A DNA stretch of 64,000 nucleotides from an uncultured Candidatus Saccharibacteria bacterium. GTDB taxonomy: Bacteria > Patescibacteriota > Minisyncoccia > Phycocordibacterales > UBA2100. The position numbers and the translations under genes are program-made. Positions within the stretch are counted from its first letter, which is position 1; every line of letters starts with the position of its first letter. Below are positions 10,235 through 20,430 of this stretch, one piece after another. Under the pieces are notes generated by a model. That model was not told the origin of the DNA. It did not search any database and was given only the letters and a program-made list of their open reading frames with translations. The stretch lies in assembly GCA_964434285.1 (NCBI GenBank), contig CAYSUJ010000004.1:18732-82731 (forward strand). The letters are read 5' to 3'.

Positions 10235-11440
10235 TTAGATACTGCCCGCAATGTTGTAGATCGGCACGAGGACTGACGCGAGAAGCACGGCGACACCGAC
10301 CGCGAGTGCCACGATCATGATCGGTTCGATCAAGGAAACGAGTGTGTCGACGGCGTTATTAACTTCCCTCCGATAGAAGCGCGCAATAGACTCGAGAATT
10401 GGACCCATGTTACCCGTCTCTTCGCCAATCTTGATCATCGCAACCATAATGCCCGGCATTTCAGGATGTTTGCGAAACGCTTCAGAGACCGTCATGCCAC
10501 CCTTAACGTCTGAAGCGACGCTCTGCAAAGCCTGCTCATACGTTGGATCTTCTACAACCGTGCCGGTAATCTCTAAACCACGCAGCATCTGGATACCACT
10601 CTTGAGCATGGTCGACAGGTTATCGGCAATACGAGAGAGAAACAATTTACGATAGATTCCTCCGATAATAGGAACCTGCAGGCGCGCCTTGGAGAAGAAA
10701 TATTTGCCCGACTCTGTTTTTATATACCTGTAGAAAAAAACCCCGGCAATGCCAAGGAGTGCTCCCCAAAGTAACGAATAGTTGGCAAGCCCATTACTGA
10801 TACCAATGACAATTTTGGTATAGAGCGGAATGTCTTGCCCAACCTCTTCGAGCATGACTGCAAGACGCGGAATCACCAAGGTCATCATGAGAAACATGAC
10901 GATAAGGAATGTGCTGATGATGAATGCCGGATAGATGAGCGCATTCTTCGCCTTCGAGGTTATCTCGTAATTGCGTTCGAGATAGTCGGCAAGAAAGAGA
11001 AATGTTTCATCAAGCTTTCCAGCCTCTTCACCCGCGCGCACCATGTTGACATAGAAATTTGAGAACACCTCGGGGTGGCGCGACATGGCGGCAGAAATTG
11101 CGGAGCCCGCTTGGATATCGGCAGCAATTGCAGAGAGCTTCGCAGCAAGCTGCGGAGTTCGCGCTTCGGCTGCAAGAAGTTGAAAAGCGCGGAGAGCAGA
11201 AACTTGTGCCTCAAAAAGCGTCGTCATCTGCCGACTCAGCATTACAATGTCGCTCCCCTTAATGCCTGAAAAGAGTTGGATATTAGTCCCGAGGGAGATC
11301 TTCTGCTCGAGTGGATCTATCGAGGCAATAATGAGACCGCGGCGCTGCAAGGACGCAATTGCCACATCCATGTTCACAGCGTCAATCTGACCACTGCGAT
11401 CTGCTCCCTGCTCGTCAACTGCTTTGTAATTAAAAAGCAT
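10235..11440 (-). CDS. pilC: type IV pilus platform protein (GspF/PilC family)
   Basis: 401 aa with two GspF-type repeats and three transmembrane segments. Confidence 0.85.
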   Translation of the reverse strand: MLFNYKAVDEQGADRSGQIDAVNMDVAIASLQRRGLIIASIDPLEQKISLGTNIQLFSGIKGSDIVMLSRQMTTLFEAQVSALRAFQLLAAEARTPQLAAKLSAIAADIQAGSAISAAMSRHPEVFSNFYVNMVRAGEEAGKLDETFLFLADYLERNYEITSKAKNALIYPAFIISTFLIVMFLMMTLVIPRLAVMLEEVGQDIPLYTKIVIGISNGLANYSLLWGALLGIAGVFFYRYIKTESGKYFFSKARLQVPIIGGIYRKLFLSRIADNLSTMLKSGIQMLRGLEITGTVVEDPTYEQALQSVASDVKGGMTVSEAFRKHPEMPGIMVAMIKIGEETGNMGPILESIARFYRREVNNAVDTLVSLIEPIMIVALAVGVAVLLASVLVPIYNIAGSI

Positions 11441-11446
11441 ACGTTC

Positions 11447-12535
11447 CTAGAGAAGCTTTTGAAGGAGGTTCGGATTGAGCGAATACTGATACGCGCTCTC
11501 GACGGTTATTTCGCCACGCGTGACGAGTTCTGCAAGCGAACGATTCATATCGATCATGCCCTCTGAAGAAGACGTCTCGATGACCGTATTAATTTCATGG
11601 GTGCGCTTCTCTCGAATAAGGTTTGCTATCGCCTTGTTGTTGATGAGGAGTTCGTATGCCGGAATAAGACCGCCGGAAATGCGCGGAATGAGGCGCTGAC
11701 TGAAAATGCCAGCAAGCGAGGAGCCAAGCTGGATGCGGATCTGGTCCTGTTGGTTTGCCGGGAAGGTATCGATGATACGGTCAATCGTCTGCGCGGCATT
11801 ATTGGTATGAAGTGTCGAGAAGACAAGGTGACCCGTTTCAGCAGCAGTGACTGCCGCTGACATGGTTTCGTGTCCACGCATTTCTCCGACAAGGATGACG
11901 TCAACGTCCTGACGGAATGCAGATACGAGCGCTGAGGCAAAATCGCGCGTGTCAATCAAAACTTCACGCTGATCAACAAGTGAACGCTTCGGCTCAAAAA
12001 TGTATTCGATCGGATCTTCGATTGTCACAATATGCTCCATGCGTTCGGTATTAATGAGTTCGACCATTGAGGCAAGTGTCGTCGTTTTCCCCTGACCCAC
12101 GGGTCCTACCACCAAGAAAAATCCTTGGGTTTTACGTGCAAACGTTGTCAAAATATCCGGAAGATTTAACTCTTCGATCGTTTTAATCTGCTTTGGGATG
12201 AGACGGAGCGCGATACCGACAGCGCCGCGCTGAAAGAACGCATTTCCGCGAAAGCGATTACCGTCCTGTGTCTGGTAGGCAAAGTCAACTTCAAGTGTCG
12301 AGAGAAATCTTCCCTGCTGATCTTTATTTAAAAGCACCTTCGCAAACGCCATCGTATCCTCGCCTGTCAAAACTGGCTCTTTGAGCATTGGTGTCAGAGA
12401 GCCAGATACGCGAATCGTAGGGTGCGCACCAGTCGAGAAGTGGAGGTCTGATCCTCCTTCGTGCACCAAAACGTTAATGTACTTTTTGAGTGTTGCCTCG
12501 TAATCCCCCATTCCCATGAGGACATTGTAGCGCAT
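11447..12535 (-). CDS. pilT: type IV pilus retraction ATPase (PilT-like; from length, could be a short PilB-type)
   Basis: 362 aa. Walker A GPVGQGKTTT, Asp box, Walker B, and the LHTN His box. Confidence 0.75.
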   Translation of the reverse strand: MRYNVLMGMGDYEATLKKYINVLVHEGGSDLHFSTGAHPTIRVSGSLTPMLKEPVLTGEDTMAFAKVLLNKDQQGRFLSTLEVDFAYQTQDGNRFRGNAFFQRGAVGIALRLIPKQIKTIEELNLPDILTTFARKTQGFFLVVGPVGQGKTTTLASMVELINTERMEHIVTIEDPIEYIFEPKRSLVDQREVLIDTRDFASALVSAFRQDVDVILVGEMRGHETMSAAVTAAETGHLVFSTLHTNNAAQTIDRIIDTFPANQQDQIRIQLGSSLAGIFSQRLIPRISGGLIPAYELLINNKAIANLIREKRTHEINTVIETSSSEGMIDMNRSLAELVTRGEITVESAYQYSLNPNLLQKLL

Positions 12536-12562
12536 TTTTTTACGCGACTGTTTCTATCCACA

Positions 12563-13387
12563 CTAACGCTCAATGCGAAGATATGTTTTGTCGTCCGGAT
12601 GCCACGAACGCTTATTTTCATCTTCTAAGCGCTGCTGGAGCGCATCTGTTTCCGCCAACGTTCCCGCAAGCGCCTCGGGATAATAACCATCCGAGGCCAG
12701 AATGATTCCCGAAGCGTCTTCGGGAACCGGAATGTACTCAATGTGATGCACGGTTTCCCCCGTCATAACCCCGTATCCTCGAGACGAGAAGGGGTTATTT
12801 CTATGGTGTGGCTGCCACTCGCGCGTAAGGCGATGCATCCGACGCTGTATCTGCAGGTCACTAGCAGCATCCGTCTCGCTTACACCTCTTTCTCGAGCAC
12901 GCTTAAGAAGCGCTTGACGCACTACTTCTTTGTCCGCATCTACTGCGAGGCCGGGATTCACTCCTTCCCAGGTATCGATTGTGTTACTTCTGAAAACATA
13001 GGAGCAATCACCGACGCGCACTATGGTGTTCCACTTAGGAAAATACGCGACAAATACAAAACTCGGCATTCCCGAGTGAGTATATCTCGCGAGGGTGTCC
13101 CTCATACACGCAGCAATAAACGGAACAACCTCATTCACATGATCAAGTCGCGCGGCATCGTGAAGAGCCTCGATCCCTATTTGCACCGCGAACTGTCCCA
13201 GCGTCAGACCTTCTATGCGCTCTGATAAATCCCCTGATGAAACTCCGTCCAGTACAGCGAAACACTCGGGTAGTGCCACAAAGCGATCTTCCGAATATGT
13301 ACGTCCGGGCTTCGGATAACTACCCCATTCTGCAACGCGCCAGGGACGTATGTTCTCTGCACCAGGAGGGGAAGGTACCTTTTCCAT
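12563..13387 (-). CDS. PP2C-family Ser/Thr phosphatase-like protein
   Basis: Matches PP2C motifs: FAVLDGVSSG, RVGDCSYVF and ILASDGYY. Confidence 0.5.
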   Translation of the reverse strand: MEKVPSPPGAENIRPWRVAEWGSYPKPGRTYSEDRFVALPECFAVLDGVSSGDLSERIEGLTLGQFAVQIGIEALHDAARLDHVNEVVPFIAACMRDTLARYTHSGMPSFVFVAYFPKWNTIVRVGDCSYVFRSNTIDTWEGVNPGLAVDADKEVVRQALLKRARERGVSETDAASDLQIQRRMHRLTREWQPHHRNNPFSSRGYGVMTGETVHHIEYIPVPEDASGIILASDGYYPEALAGTLAETDALQQRLEDENKRSWHPDDKTYLRIER

Positions 13388-13450
13388 GCTGAGAGCGTAT
13401 CATAGAGAACCCATAGCGGTCATGCGCCCGAAAAAGCTATAGTAGTAGTC

Positions 13451-14452
13451 ATGCAGAGCCCGGAAACAATTTTAGAGTCATTTCCGATAGGGACACCCCG
13501 CGCGATTGCACCCCTGGGAAATGGCCGCATTCATACCACACTCCTCGTTACAACCGGGGACACTGAATATGTTTTACAGAAAGTAGGCTCACTCTTCGGA
13601 AAAACGGCACATGACATTGACGCTATAACCACCCATCTCGCAACAAAGTGTCTTATGACGTCGCGTCTCATACGAACACACAGCGGTACCCTAACCGTCC
13701 CTGACGGCGAGTGCGCGTGGCGTCTTATGACATTCATACCCGGAAGTACTATCGAAGAGAATCCGAGCCCGACCCAGGCGGCGAGTGGAGCATCGTTTGT
13801 GGCAAGATTCCACACGGCACTCCTCGATTACACTGATCCGTTTGCATATTGCATACCCGGATACCGCGATACGCGAGCAGATTTTGCACGCCTACGAGAA
13901 GTATCGGAGCACTATCGCGGCTCTGAGAAATATCAGATATGCAACCCGATTGCAGAAGACATACATGCGCGAACCGCTCGTCTCACAGAGAACATTGCGT
14001 CACTGCCATTGCGCGTCTGCCACGGAGATCTAAAGCTCAACAACCTTCGCTTCGACGCTACCCAAACGAACGCACTCGCCCTCATCGACCTCGACACGGT
14101 AGGACACTACCCACTCCCGCTTGAGCTCGGCGATATGCTCCGCAGTTTTTGCCGCACCGAACAGAACACCATCAACACCGAACTCTGGCACACGACGATG
14201 ACTTCATATCGCGAAGCTGCTCTGTTCTTGACTGACGAAGAATGGCGACTGATTCCCGATGGATTTGTCGAAATCACCCTCTCTCTCGCTTCCCGCTACC
14301 TCACCGATGCTTATGAAGAAACATGGTTCAAACACGACGCCTCGTACCCCTCGCTCTTTGAACAAAATTTTGCGCGGGCACGAGCATCACTCGATCTTAT
14401 CGATAGCTTTATGCAAGATGAAGCACAGGTACAATCTGTGCATTCCTCATGA
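13451..14452 (+). CDS. phosphotransferase-family (APH/choline-kinase-like) protein
   Basis: Catalytic loop VCHGDLKLNNLRF plus LIDLD. Confidence 0.5.
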   Translation: MQSPETILESFPIGTPRAIAPLGNGRIHTTLLVTTGDTEYVLQKVGSLFGKTAHDIDAITTHLATKCLMTSRLIRTHSGTLTVPDGECAWRLMTFIPGSTIEENPSPTQAASGASFVARFHTALLDYTDPFAYCIPGYRDTRADFARLREVSEHYRGSEKYQICNPIAEDIHARTARLTENIASLPLRVCHGDLKLNNLRFDATQTNALALIDLDTVGHYPLPLELGDMLRSFCRTEQNTINTELWHTTMTSYREAALFLTDEEWRLIPDGFVEITLSLASRYLTDAYEETWFKHDASYPSLFEQNFARARASLDLIDSFMQDEAQVQSVHSS

Positions 14453-14493
14453 TTCCAAAGAAAAAACCGCGTTACGCACGCGGCAGCGGGAGA

Positions 14494-14982
14494 CTATTCG
14501 ATAATGAGATCGATTTCATCTCCGTTTTTGATGAGGAGGGCGTTCGCCTCATCGGTATCGAGGTGCACCCGCGGCACAGCCCACGAATCTATGCGCACAT
14601 CGACGTCGTCGAAGCGTCCGCGGCGAGGGCCCGATATTTGCTCGATTGAGACTTTCTGTCCCTTTACGAGCCCCCATTCCTCTGCAGTTTTCTGATCGCA
14701 GTGGAAATGACGCAGCTTCACCTGGAAAGTTCCGGAAAACTGAGGCTCGCCCTCCAGGTGCTTGCGCCAATCGGTGATAGACACCTCGTAGACACCCTTC
14801 CCATCTTCAGTGGGGCGAGGCGGAAGCACGACACTGAAGCGCATACCCCGAGCCTCAACCTTCTCGTTCGAAACCGAGTGACCCCCTTGGGAAAGATCGG
14901 CCTTCTTGGTGAAAGCGCCGTCGTCTGATGATGGGTGATGGTGCCGAGCCGAAACTTCGCATATGACCTTGTGTCTTTTCAT
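14494..14982 (-). CDS. hypothetical protein
   Basis: 162-aa ORF with protein-like composition. I do not recognise a family. Confidence 0.3.
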   Translation of the reverse strand: MKRHKVICEVSARHHHPSSDDGAFTKKADLSQGGHSVSNEKVEARGMRFSVVLPPRPTEDGKGVYEVSITDWRKHLEGEPQFSGTFQVKLRHFHCDQKTAEEWGLVKGQKVSIEQISGPRRGRFDDVDVRIDSWAVPRVHLDTDEANALLIKNGDEIDLIIE

Positions 14983-15027
14983 GATTATTCTCCTTGAAAG
15001 ATCAAGGGTTTAGAGTACCACGATATT

Positions 15028-15468
15028 CTAAAGTTTCAAGCGATACACATTCGTCTCTTTCGGCTCAAAGCCGAGCTTTTGGTAGAGCTTGTTCGCCGGA
15101 ACGCGCGACGGGCGGGTGGAAAGTTCAATGGTTTTCACTTTCTTGGCACGGGCGATTGCAATGAGCTTACGGGCGATTGCCTCTCCCAACCCACGCCCAC
15201 GATAATCTCCATCGACCATCATGTCTTCGATGTACGCATAGTGCCCGCGAAACTTTGTGATGACCGCAAGCATGCCGAGCCCTACAACACGAGTGTCATC
15301 GCGCACAATCACGACTGGCGTCGCCTTGTTCGCAACGATCGCCCGCATATGCAACAGAGTAATCGGACGAAAGGTCTTTGGGTCATGCACGAGCTGGCGG
15401 AGGAGGTTATTGATGTCTGAAACCCAGCTTTTAGTTACTTGCCGCACCGTCATTTGTTCTGCCTTCAT
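15028..15468 (-). CDS. GNAT N-acetyltransferase
   Basis: Acetyl-CoA motif RGRGLGEAIARKL. Confidence 0.7.
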   Translation of the reverse strand: MKAEQMTVRQVTKSWVSDINNLLRQLVHDPKTFRPITLLHMRAIVANKATPVVIVRDDTRVVGLGMLAVITKFRGHYAYIEDMMVDGDYRGRGLGEAIARKLIAIARAKKVKTIELSTRPSRVPANKLYQKLGFEPKETNVYRLKL

Positions 15469-15542
15469 GCGAGTATCCTACACTTCCTCTACTATTGGGG
15501 GCAAGGAGGAATGCGGTGGAGGGGGTCGTGTATACTTTTTGA

Positions 15543-16847
15543 ATGCAAATCGGTGCAGCGGTTGTTTCTTTATCCCTTCTTTCCATAGGGGGGTTTATTG
15601 CGCTTGTACCTCTCGTTGCTTATGCAGCATGTGAGCGCCCGGGGTCGGTTGAGATCACAGCCGAAACACGTCCTACTGCAAAAGCTGCTGGTGTGCCCGA
15701 TTTTTGTACACATTGGATCCCGGGGCAGCCATATATAGGGCAAAACGTTGGAGAGGCAAAAGCATATCTCAACAGTTTACCGAAGCGCCCACTCTCGAAT
15801 TGCGCTCCTCCAGATCAGAACAATATTACTCGACTCAATGACACTTTTGCAACTTGTGCGGCGCAATTCCTAAAGGCATACACGGAACGATATGGTGCCA
15901 TATACATCACGTCAGCATTCCGTGACGCTACGCCTGGATCTGCACAGAATGGAAGCGGGAAAAGCGCAAATCAATGTGCGGGTGGTGTGAATGGTTCGAA
16001 CCACAGCATCGGTATCGCGATGGATATTAACCCTGCAAACGATAGTTTGTATCCAACACTTTGGAAATTTGCTTCAGATAATCCCCAATTTGGGATCTGC
16101 TTTCCGCATCAGTATGGTGGAGCAAACACGACAGGGCTACGAGATCGACCACACATGGTTCTTGCGGGCCCTGTAAATGGGAGATGTGGAGGTGAGTGCA
16201 TGGCCTGTCGCAATCAAGGAGTAACCACCTCTTGTTCCGGCACTCCAACAAATATACGAACAACTCCCATCCAAACTTCGCCCACTGCTGGAATTGCCCA
16301 ATCTCTCCGTAATTGGCTCTCACCACAACAACCACAAACCCAACCGCAACAAGTCATTACTCCAACAGTCACACAGCCAGCGCCGGTTTCGCAAAACCCA
16401 CTCACCGTATTCCAAGAGCCGCAAACGATTGGTGGGGTTTCAGGACAACTCACCATGGCACTTGCAGCAACGAATACGAATTCCGTCGCCGACCATCTCG
16501 AAATGCTCGCCTTCCCTACCACAACGCAGACAAGTGGCTCCGCAACGACTGTTCCGCTAGTAATCTCTGGGCAACAGGCAGCACAACTCGCGGCGGGACA
16601 GCAAGCAACTGCGACGCCAACGTACACTGGCCAAGGAGATGTCTCACCATCACAAAGTACGTTCATCTCGGGCGACCTTAGTTGGCAAGGAGCGCCACAA
16701 CCACCGCAGCAGCTCACTAGCTTCCAAGCAACACTCGCGAACGTGCGTGCCATTCTTGAACGCATCCTCGCGTTCTTAACACCGTTTAATACACGCAATG
16801 CGATCAGGGGTGACGTGGGAGACCAAGAGATCTACATACTCGAATAA
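15543..16847 (+). CDS. secreted LAS/M15-type metallopeptidase-like protein with a Q/P/T-rich tail
   Basis: N-terminal transmembrane/signal segment. Carries ITSAFRD...SNHSIGIAMDI, which resembles the SxHxxGxAxD zinc site of D-Ala-D-Ala peptidases. The C-terminus is low-complexity. Confidence 0.4.
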   Translation: MQIGAAVVSLSLLSIGGFIALVPLVAYAACERPGSVEITAETRPTAKAAGVPDFCTHWIPGQPYIGQNVGEAKAYLNSLPKRPLSNCAPPDQNNITRLNDTFATCAAQFLKAYTERYGAIYITSAFRDATPGSAQNGSGKSANQCAGGVNGSNHSIGIAMDINPANDSLYPTLWKFASDNPQFGICFPHQYGGANTTGLRDRPHMVLAGPVNGRCGGECMACRNQGVTTSCSGTPTNIRTTPIQTSPTAGIAQSLRNWLSPQQPQTQPQQVITPTVTQPAPVSQNPLTVFQEPQTIGGVSGQLTMALAATNTNSVADHLEMLAFPTTTQTSGSATTVPLVISGQQAAQLAAGQQATATPTYTGQGDVSPSQSTFISGDLSWQGAPQPPQQLTSFQATLANVRAILERILAFLTPFNTRNAIRGDVGDQEIYILE

Positions 16848-16904
16848 TCAGCTTTTTCGTGCTATAATGCTCGCACTCCGCACCTGCGTGCGGATTTCAA
16901 TTCG

Positions 16905-17510
16905 ATGGGATTTACGAAATACACGACACAAGAAGACAAAGCGCGTGTGCGCATGAACGAGGGCATTCGCGTGCCTGAAGTACGCGTCATTGGCCCCAAC
17001 GCTGAAAACTACGGCGTCCTCCCTATTCAAGAAGCCCTCGAAAAAGCACGCGAAGCAGGGCTCGACCTCATCGAAGTCTCCCCCCTCGCGAAGCCCCCTG
17101 TCTGCAAGATCACCGACTACGGCAAGTTCAAGTACGAACAGAACAAGAAGGATAAGGAGGTGAAGTCGAAAATGAAGGTCTCTGAAACGAAGGAGGTGCA
17201 GGTGAAAATAGGCACTTCTGAGCACGACATGGGTATCAAGGCTGCTAAGGCCGCTGCTTGGCTTAAGGAGGGGCACCGGGTCAAAGTCGACCTATTCCTC
17301 TGGGGGCGCTACAAATATATGGAATTTGCCTTTCTCAAGGAGCGCCTCGAGCGATTCCTTGCTATTATCCCGGAATCGTATAAGATTGCGGAGCCTGTTC
17401 AGAAGAGTCCCAAGGGGCTTTCCGTAGCCCTCGAGCGCGATAAATCGGGAAAAAAGCCCCAATTTACGCCGGTTTCTGCTGACTTAGGAACACCACATGA
17501 AGACGAATAA
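16905..17510 (+). CDS. infC: translation initiation factor IF-3
   Basis: EVRVIGPNAENYGVLPIQEALEKAREAGLDLIEV...PPVCKITDYGKFKYE. The start is non-ATG, which is typical for infC. Confidence 0.85.
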   Translation: MGFTKYTTQEDKARVRMNEGIRVPEVRVIGPNAENYGVLPIQEALEKAREAGLDLIEVSPLAKPPVCKITDYGKFKYEQNKKDKEVKSKMKVSETKEVQVKIGTSEHDMGIKAAKAAAWLKEGHRVKVDLFLWGRYKYMEFAFLKERLERFLAIIPESYKIAEPVQKSPKGLSVALERDKSGKKPQFTPVSADLGTPHEDE

Positions 17511-17682
17511 ATCCTACACAAAGCGCCTCCGCGTCACCCGCAAAGGCAAAGTTGTCGCCCGCGTTCCGGGTCATAACCATTTCAATGCAAAGCAGAGCGG
17601 CACGAAGCGCCAGCAGAAGGGGCGATCGGTCGGCTTCCACGCAACATTGGACGCAACGGCAAAAAGCCGATTCCTCAGCTAA
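17497..17682 (+). CDS. rpmI: 50S ribosomal protein L35
   Basis: 61-aa basic protein, MKTNKSYTKRLRVTRKGKVVAR..., placed between infC and rplT. Confidence 0.8.
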   Translation: MKTNKSYTKRLRVTRKGKVVARVPGHNHFNAKQSGTKRQQKGRSVGFHATLDATAKSRFLS

Positions 17683-17708
17683 TCTAATTTTTAACACCTA
17701 CCACCACT

Positions 17709-18050
17709 ATGGCACGCGTTAAACGAGGAACAATGAAGAATAAGCGAAGGAAGAATATCCTCGCGCAGACAAAGGGCTACCGCTTCGACCGAAAGTCGAA
17801 GGAGCGCGTGGCTAAGGAAGCAATAAAGCACGCTGGTTCTTATGCCTTTAAGCACCGTCGCGCAAAGAAGCGCGAGTTCCGCCAGCTTTTCACCCTTCGC
17901 ATCAATGCCGGCGTGCGCCCCCTCGGCTTTTCCTACTCAAAGTTCATCGACGCTCTTAAGAAGAAGGACATCGCACTGGATCGAAAGTCGCTCGCAACAC
18001 TCGCGAAAGACTACCCAGAAACCTTCGAACGACTCGTGAAGTCACTCTAG
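17709..18050 (+). CDS. rplT: 50S ribosomal protein L20
   Basis: MARVKRGTMKNKRRKNILAQTKGYR... Confidence 0.9.
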   Translation: MARVKRGTMKNKRRKNILAQTKGYRFDRKSKERVAKEAIKHAGSYAFKHRRAKKREFRQLFTLRINAGVRPLGFSYSKFIDALKKKDIALDRKSLATLAKDYPETFERLVKSL

Positions 18051-18053
18051 AAA

Positions 18054-18077
18054 AACCCGCCGGAAGGCGGGTTTTTC
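18054..18077 (+). terminator. rho-independent terminator after rplT
   Basis: acccgcc-ggaa-ggcgggt hairpin followed by TTTTT. Confidence 0.7.
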
Positions 18078-18128
18078 ACAAAGAATTGCCGCCACAATTG
18101 CTCGTAGCGGCAAAAAAGAGCTGGCCAG

Positions 18129-18377
18129 TTACGGCAAAGGAGCAAGATCATCAACTCGCACATCTGCCGTTGCAAAGCCGCGATACCGGTCCTCGAACGA
18201 GACGATTCTGTAACACACCCCTCGTTTTGAGGCGCCATCGACGATACCAACAGTCCCTTTTTGGATAAAAGTACCGTGAGGGTATGCGTGAGGATCATGC
18301 ATTCCTTTACTCATGACTGCACGAGACACAAGGATGTCGCGTGCCGCCTTCACTAAGACAACCTCGCTTTTCATCAT
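18129..18377 (-). CDS. hypothetical small protein (likely start MMKSE...)
   Basis: ...HDPHAYPHGTFIQKGTVGIVDGASKRGVCYRIVSFEDRYRGF. Domain unknown. Confidence 0.3.
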   Translation of the reverse strand: MMKSEVVLVKAARDILVSRAVMSKGMHDPHAYPHGTFIQKGTVGIVDGASKRGVCYRIVSFEDRYRGFATADVRVDDLAPLP

Positions 18378-18451
18378 CTCAACTCCTAACCACCAACCAG
18401 AAAGAGGTTTTACTTTACACAACCTACCACATGTGCTCGTGAGAAGCCATG

Positions 18452-18973
18452 CTACGGTAACGGCACTTGCGCACGCAACCGCTCCCGAATCTCCATGAGC
18501 ATAATCCCGAGCAAGTTTCTCCCGCGCCCATTGCAGACACCCCACAACGTGTCATTCCATGTATTCCCTTCGACGAGATACTTTTCATCTGTTACAAGAA
18601 GCTGCTCAGCAAGATCAGGATTCTCGAATTTCTGCAGCAACAACTCAGCCATAAGCAACACCTTACCGTCATCCCAATCTTCACGAACATACCCATGTTT
18701 TCGCAAAATATCCGATATAACCTTTGCATTGCCTGATGACAATGTAGCATCGGTAAAGATTGTTGATGCGTCGGTTATGCGCCCCAGTCTCCCCCGAATA
18801 CGTAGTGTTTCGTTGATCTCTTCTAGATGCCCACGCGTGACGCCACGAAGAGCTTCAGGCGTGAATTTTTGTGCATGATACGCATGCTCAACAGATGGAT
18901 ACGTATGGCCACCATGGGTAATAGGAACCGCATAGAAATTCGAGAGGAACGTGTGCCGGAATGTATGGCATTC
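18452..18973 (-). CDS. NADAR (YbiA-like) domain ORF with no canonical start; probably the C-terminal part of a frameshifted fusion with the upstream ORF
   Basis: The frame is open from the stop at 18974-18976 and reads ...FLSNFYAVPITHGGHTYPSVEHAYHAQKFTPEAL...WNDTLWGVCNGRGRNLLGIMLMEIRERL. The first ATG, GTG or TTG is at 18742. Confidence 0.6.
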   Translation of the reverse strand, partial: ECHTFRHTFLSNFYAVPITHGGHTYPSVEHAYHAQKFTPEALRGVTRGHLEEINETLRIRGRLGRITDASTIFTDATLSSGNAKVISDILRKHGYVREDWDDGKVLLMAELLLQKFENPDLAEQLLVTDEKYLVEGNTWNDTLWGVCNGRGRNLLGIMLMEIRERLRAQVPLP

Positions 18974-20379
18974 TCATTATCGAGCTTTTCCAAGATTTCT
19001 TGCGTTGGGTGTTCGCACAAAGTGACAAAAGAGCGGTACATCATTCGCTCAGCATCATTCTCGGCACCCTCAAGTCGTCGTCGATATTCCCATGCAAGAC
19101 GCCGCTCTTCGGCGACCTCCTTCAAATCCACCTTAGGGTGCAATGTTCTTGAGATCGGCAGAATATTGACTGCATGAACATACACAAGATTGGATGCCAC
19201 GTGCGTACGATGCTTCGCTTCACTATTGATATCCGTGCGGATCAAGTCTGCTTCGGCAACGGAAACAGTGACACGATCGACATTGTAGAGCTCTGTGAGC
19301 ATATCGTACAAAAGCTGGATCGTGCGTCCCGTTGAAGAATTGTCTTCAACGATGAGAAGGTGCTTATCTCGTATCTTTTCTTCCTTACTGCGGAGAAATT
19401 CGAGGAAACCATCTCTTGTAAACTCGTCAGTGCCAAACGCATCTTTAATTGAGTGCAGCGAGAGCGGGATAAGCACAAACTCAGTCTCGTGATGCCGAAG
19501 TGCTTCATACGCATATTGCTGCGCAAATGCCAATTCGGTGCCTCCTGACGGCAGGCCAATAACCGTGTCGGGCAACGGCTCAACGGTTTGCGCCGTTGCA
19601 TACACCGACGCCGCAATTACCAGAGGATGCCCGGCTTCAGGACGAGTAAAAAACCTCGAAGAAAACACTCCTTCACTGTACTGCTGTTCCACATAGTCAG
19701 TCACCTCTCGAAATGCCTCATGACGTTCAACAACCTTGGAAAAAGCTGAAAAATAGTCTCCGTTTCTCCCGATAAGATGGGCATAATATGCCTGCACAGA
19801 GTGTCGCGCCAGATGAATTGCCGAATCACGCAGCGCGCGATACTCGACGTCATTGAGCCGAAACTTCCCGATCTTTTCCTCTTGAATCAGCGCGTTGAAA
19901 AGAGTGATCGCCGCATTTTTCATGTAATCAAGAGTAGCTGATTGCTCGACGTAATGACTACTTGAAATAGCACCTCCATCGAGGCTCAGTGCGTCAACAG
20001 CGTCATCAAAGTCTCGCCATAATATTTCAAGCTTCTGTCGCACCTCCAATGTCGGATCTATCGAAACGAGATAGTTCGATCCGCGCAAAATGTAGTCAGA
20101 GCCCTTTTTCGCAAATCGCCGTTCAGTGGAGAAAAAACGAGCATAATGGCCTGATGCACGGGGATCGTTCTTGGTTTTAAGGGAGCCGTCGAGTGTGAAA
20201 TTCTTCGGAAAATCTTCAAACTGGAAGATCCCTTTATGTTCTTTAATAACATCCGCCCCCATCGCAAGAGCCATGTTTTGTGTAATTACCCTACGTGATT
20301 CCGCTCCTTCGAGATACTCACCAAACTCCTCTGGGGTGAGGTCGGATTTTGGTATTGAATACAAGGCACGTTCTGGCAC
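18823..20379 (-). CDS. protein with a type I phosphoribosyltransferase-like domain; its last ~50 codons overlap the NADAR frame
   Basis: VIGLPSGGTELAF... and KHLLIVEDNSSTGRTIQLLYDMLTEL (PRPP-binding loop). The C-terminal tail after about aa 468 is junk-like. Confidence 0.5.
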   Translation of the reverse strand: MPERALYSIPKSDLTPEEFGEYLEGAESRRVITQNMALAMGADVIKEHKGIFQFEDFPKNFTLDGSLKTKNDPRASGHYARFFSTERRFAKKGSDYILRGSNYLVSIDPTLEVRQKLEILWRDFDDAVDALSLDGGAISSSHYVEQSATLDYMKNAAITLFNALIQEEKIGKFRLNDVEYRALRDSAIHLARHSVQAYYAHLIGRNGDYFSAFSKVVERHEAFREVTDYVEQQYSEGVFSSRFFTRPEAGHPLVIAASVYATAQTVEPLPDTVIGLPSGGTELAFAQQYAYEALRHHETEFVLIPLSLHSIKDAFGTDEFTRDGFLEFLRSKEEKIRDKHLLIVEDNSSTGRTIQLLYDMLTELYNVDRVTVSVAEADLIRTDINSEAKHRTHVASNLVYVHAVNILPISRTLHPKVDLKEVAEERRLAWEYRRRLEGAENDAERMMYRSFVTLCEHPTQEILEKLDNENAIHSGTRSSRISMRFLLPMVAIRIHLLSMRIMHKNSRLKLFVASRVGI

Positions 20380-20430
20380 ACGCCTATAGTACCACTTGAG
20401 CCCTCACCATTTGAGTGCAGCTTCTCGGTC

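Noticed and set aside
16214-16798. 194-aa Cys-rich minus-strand ORF
   Set aside because: It is antisense to the M15-like secreted protein gene and has junk composition.
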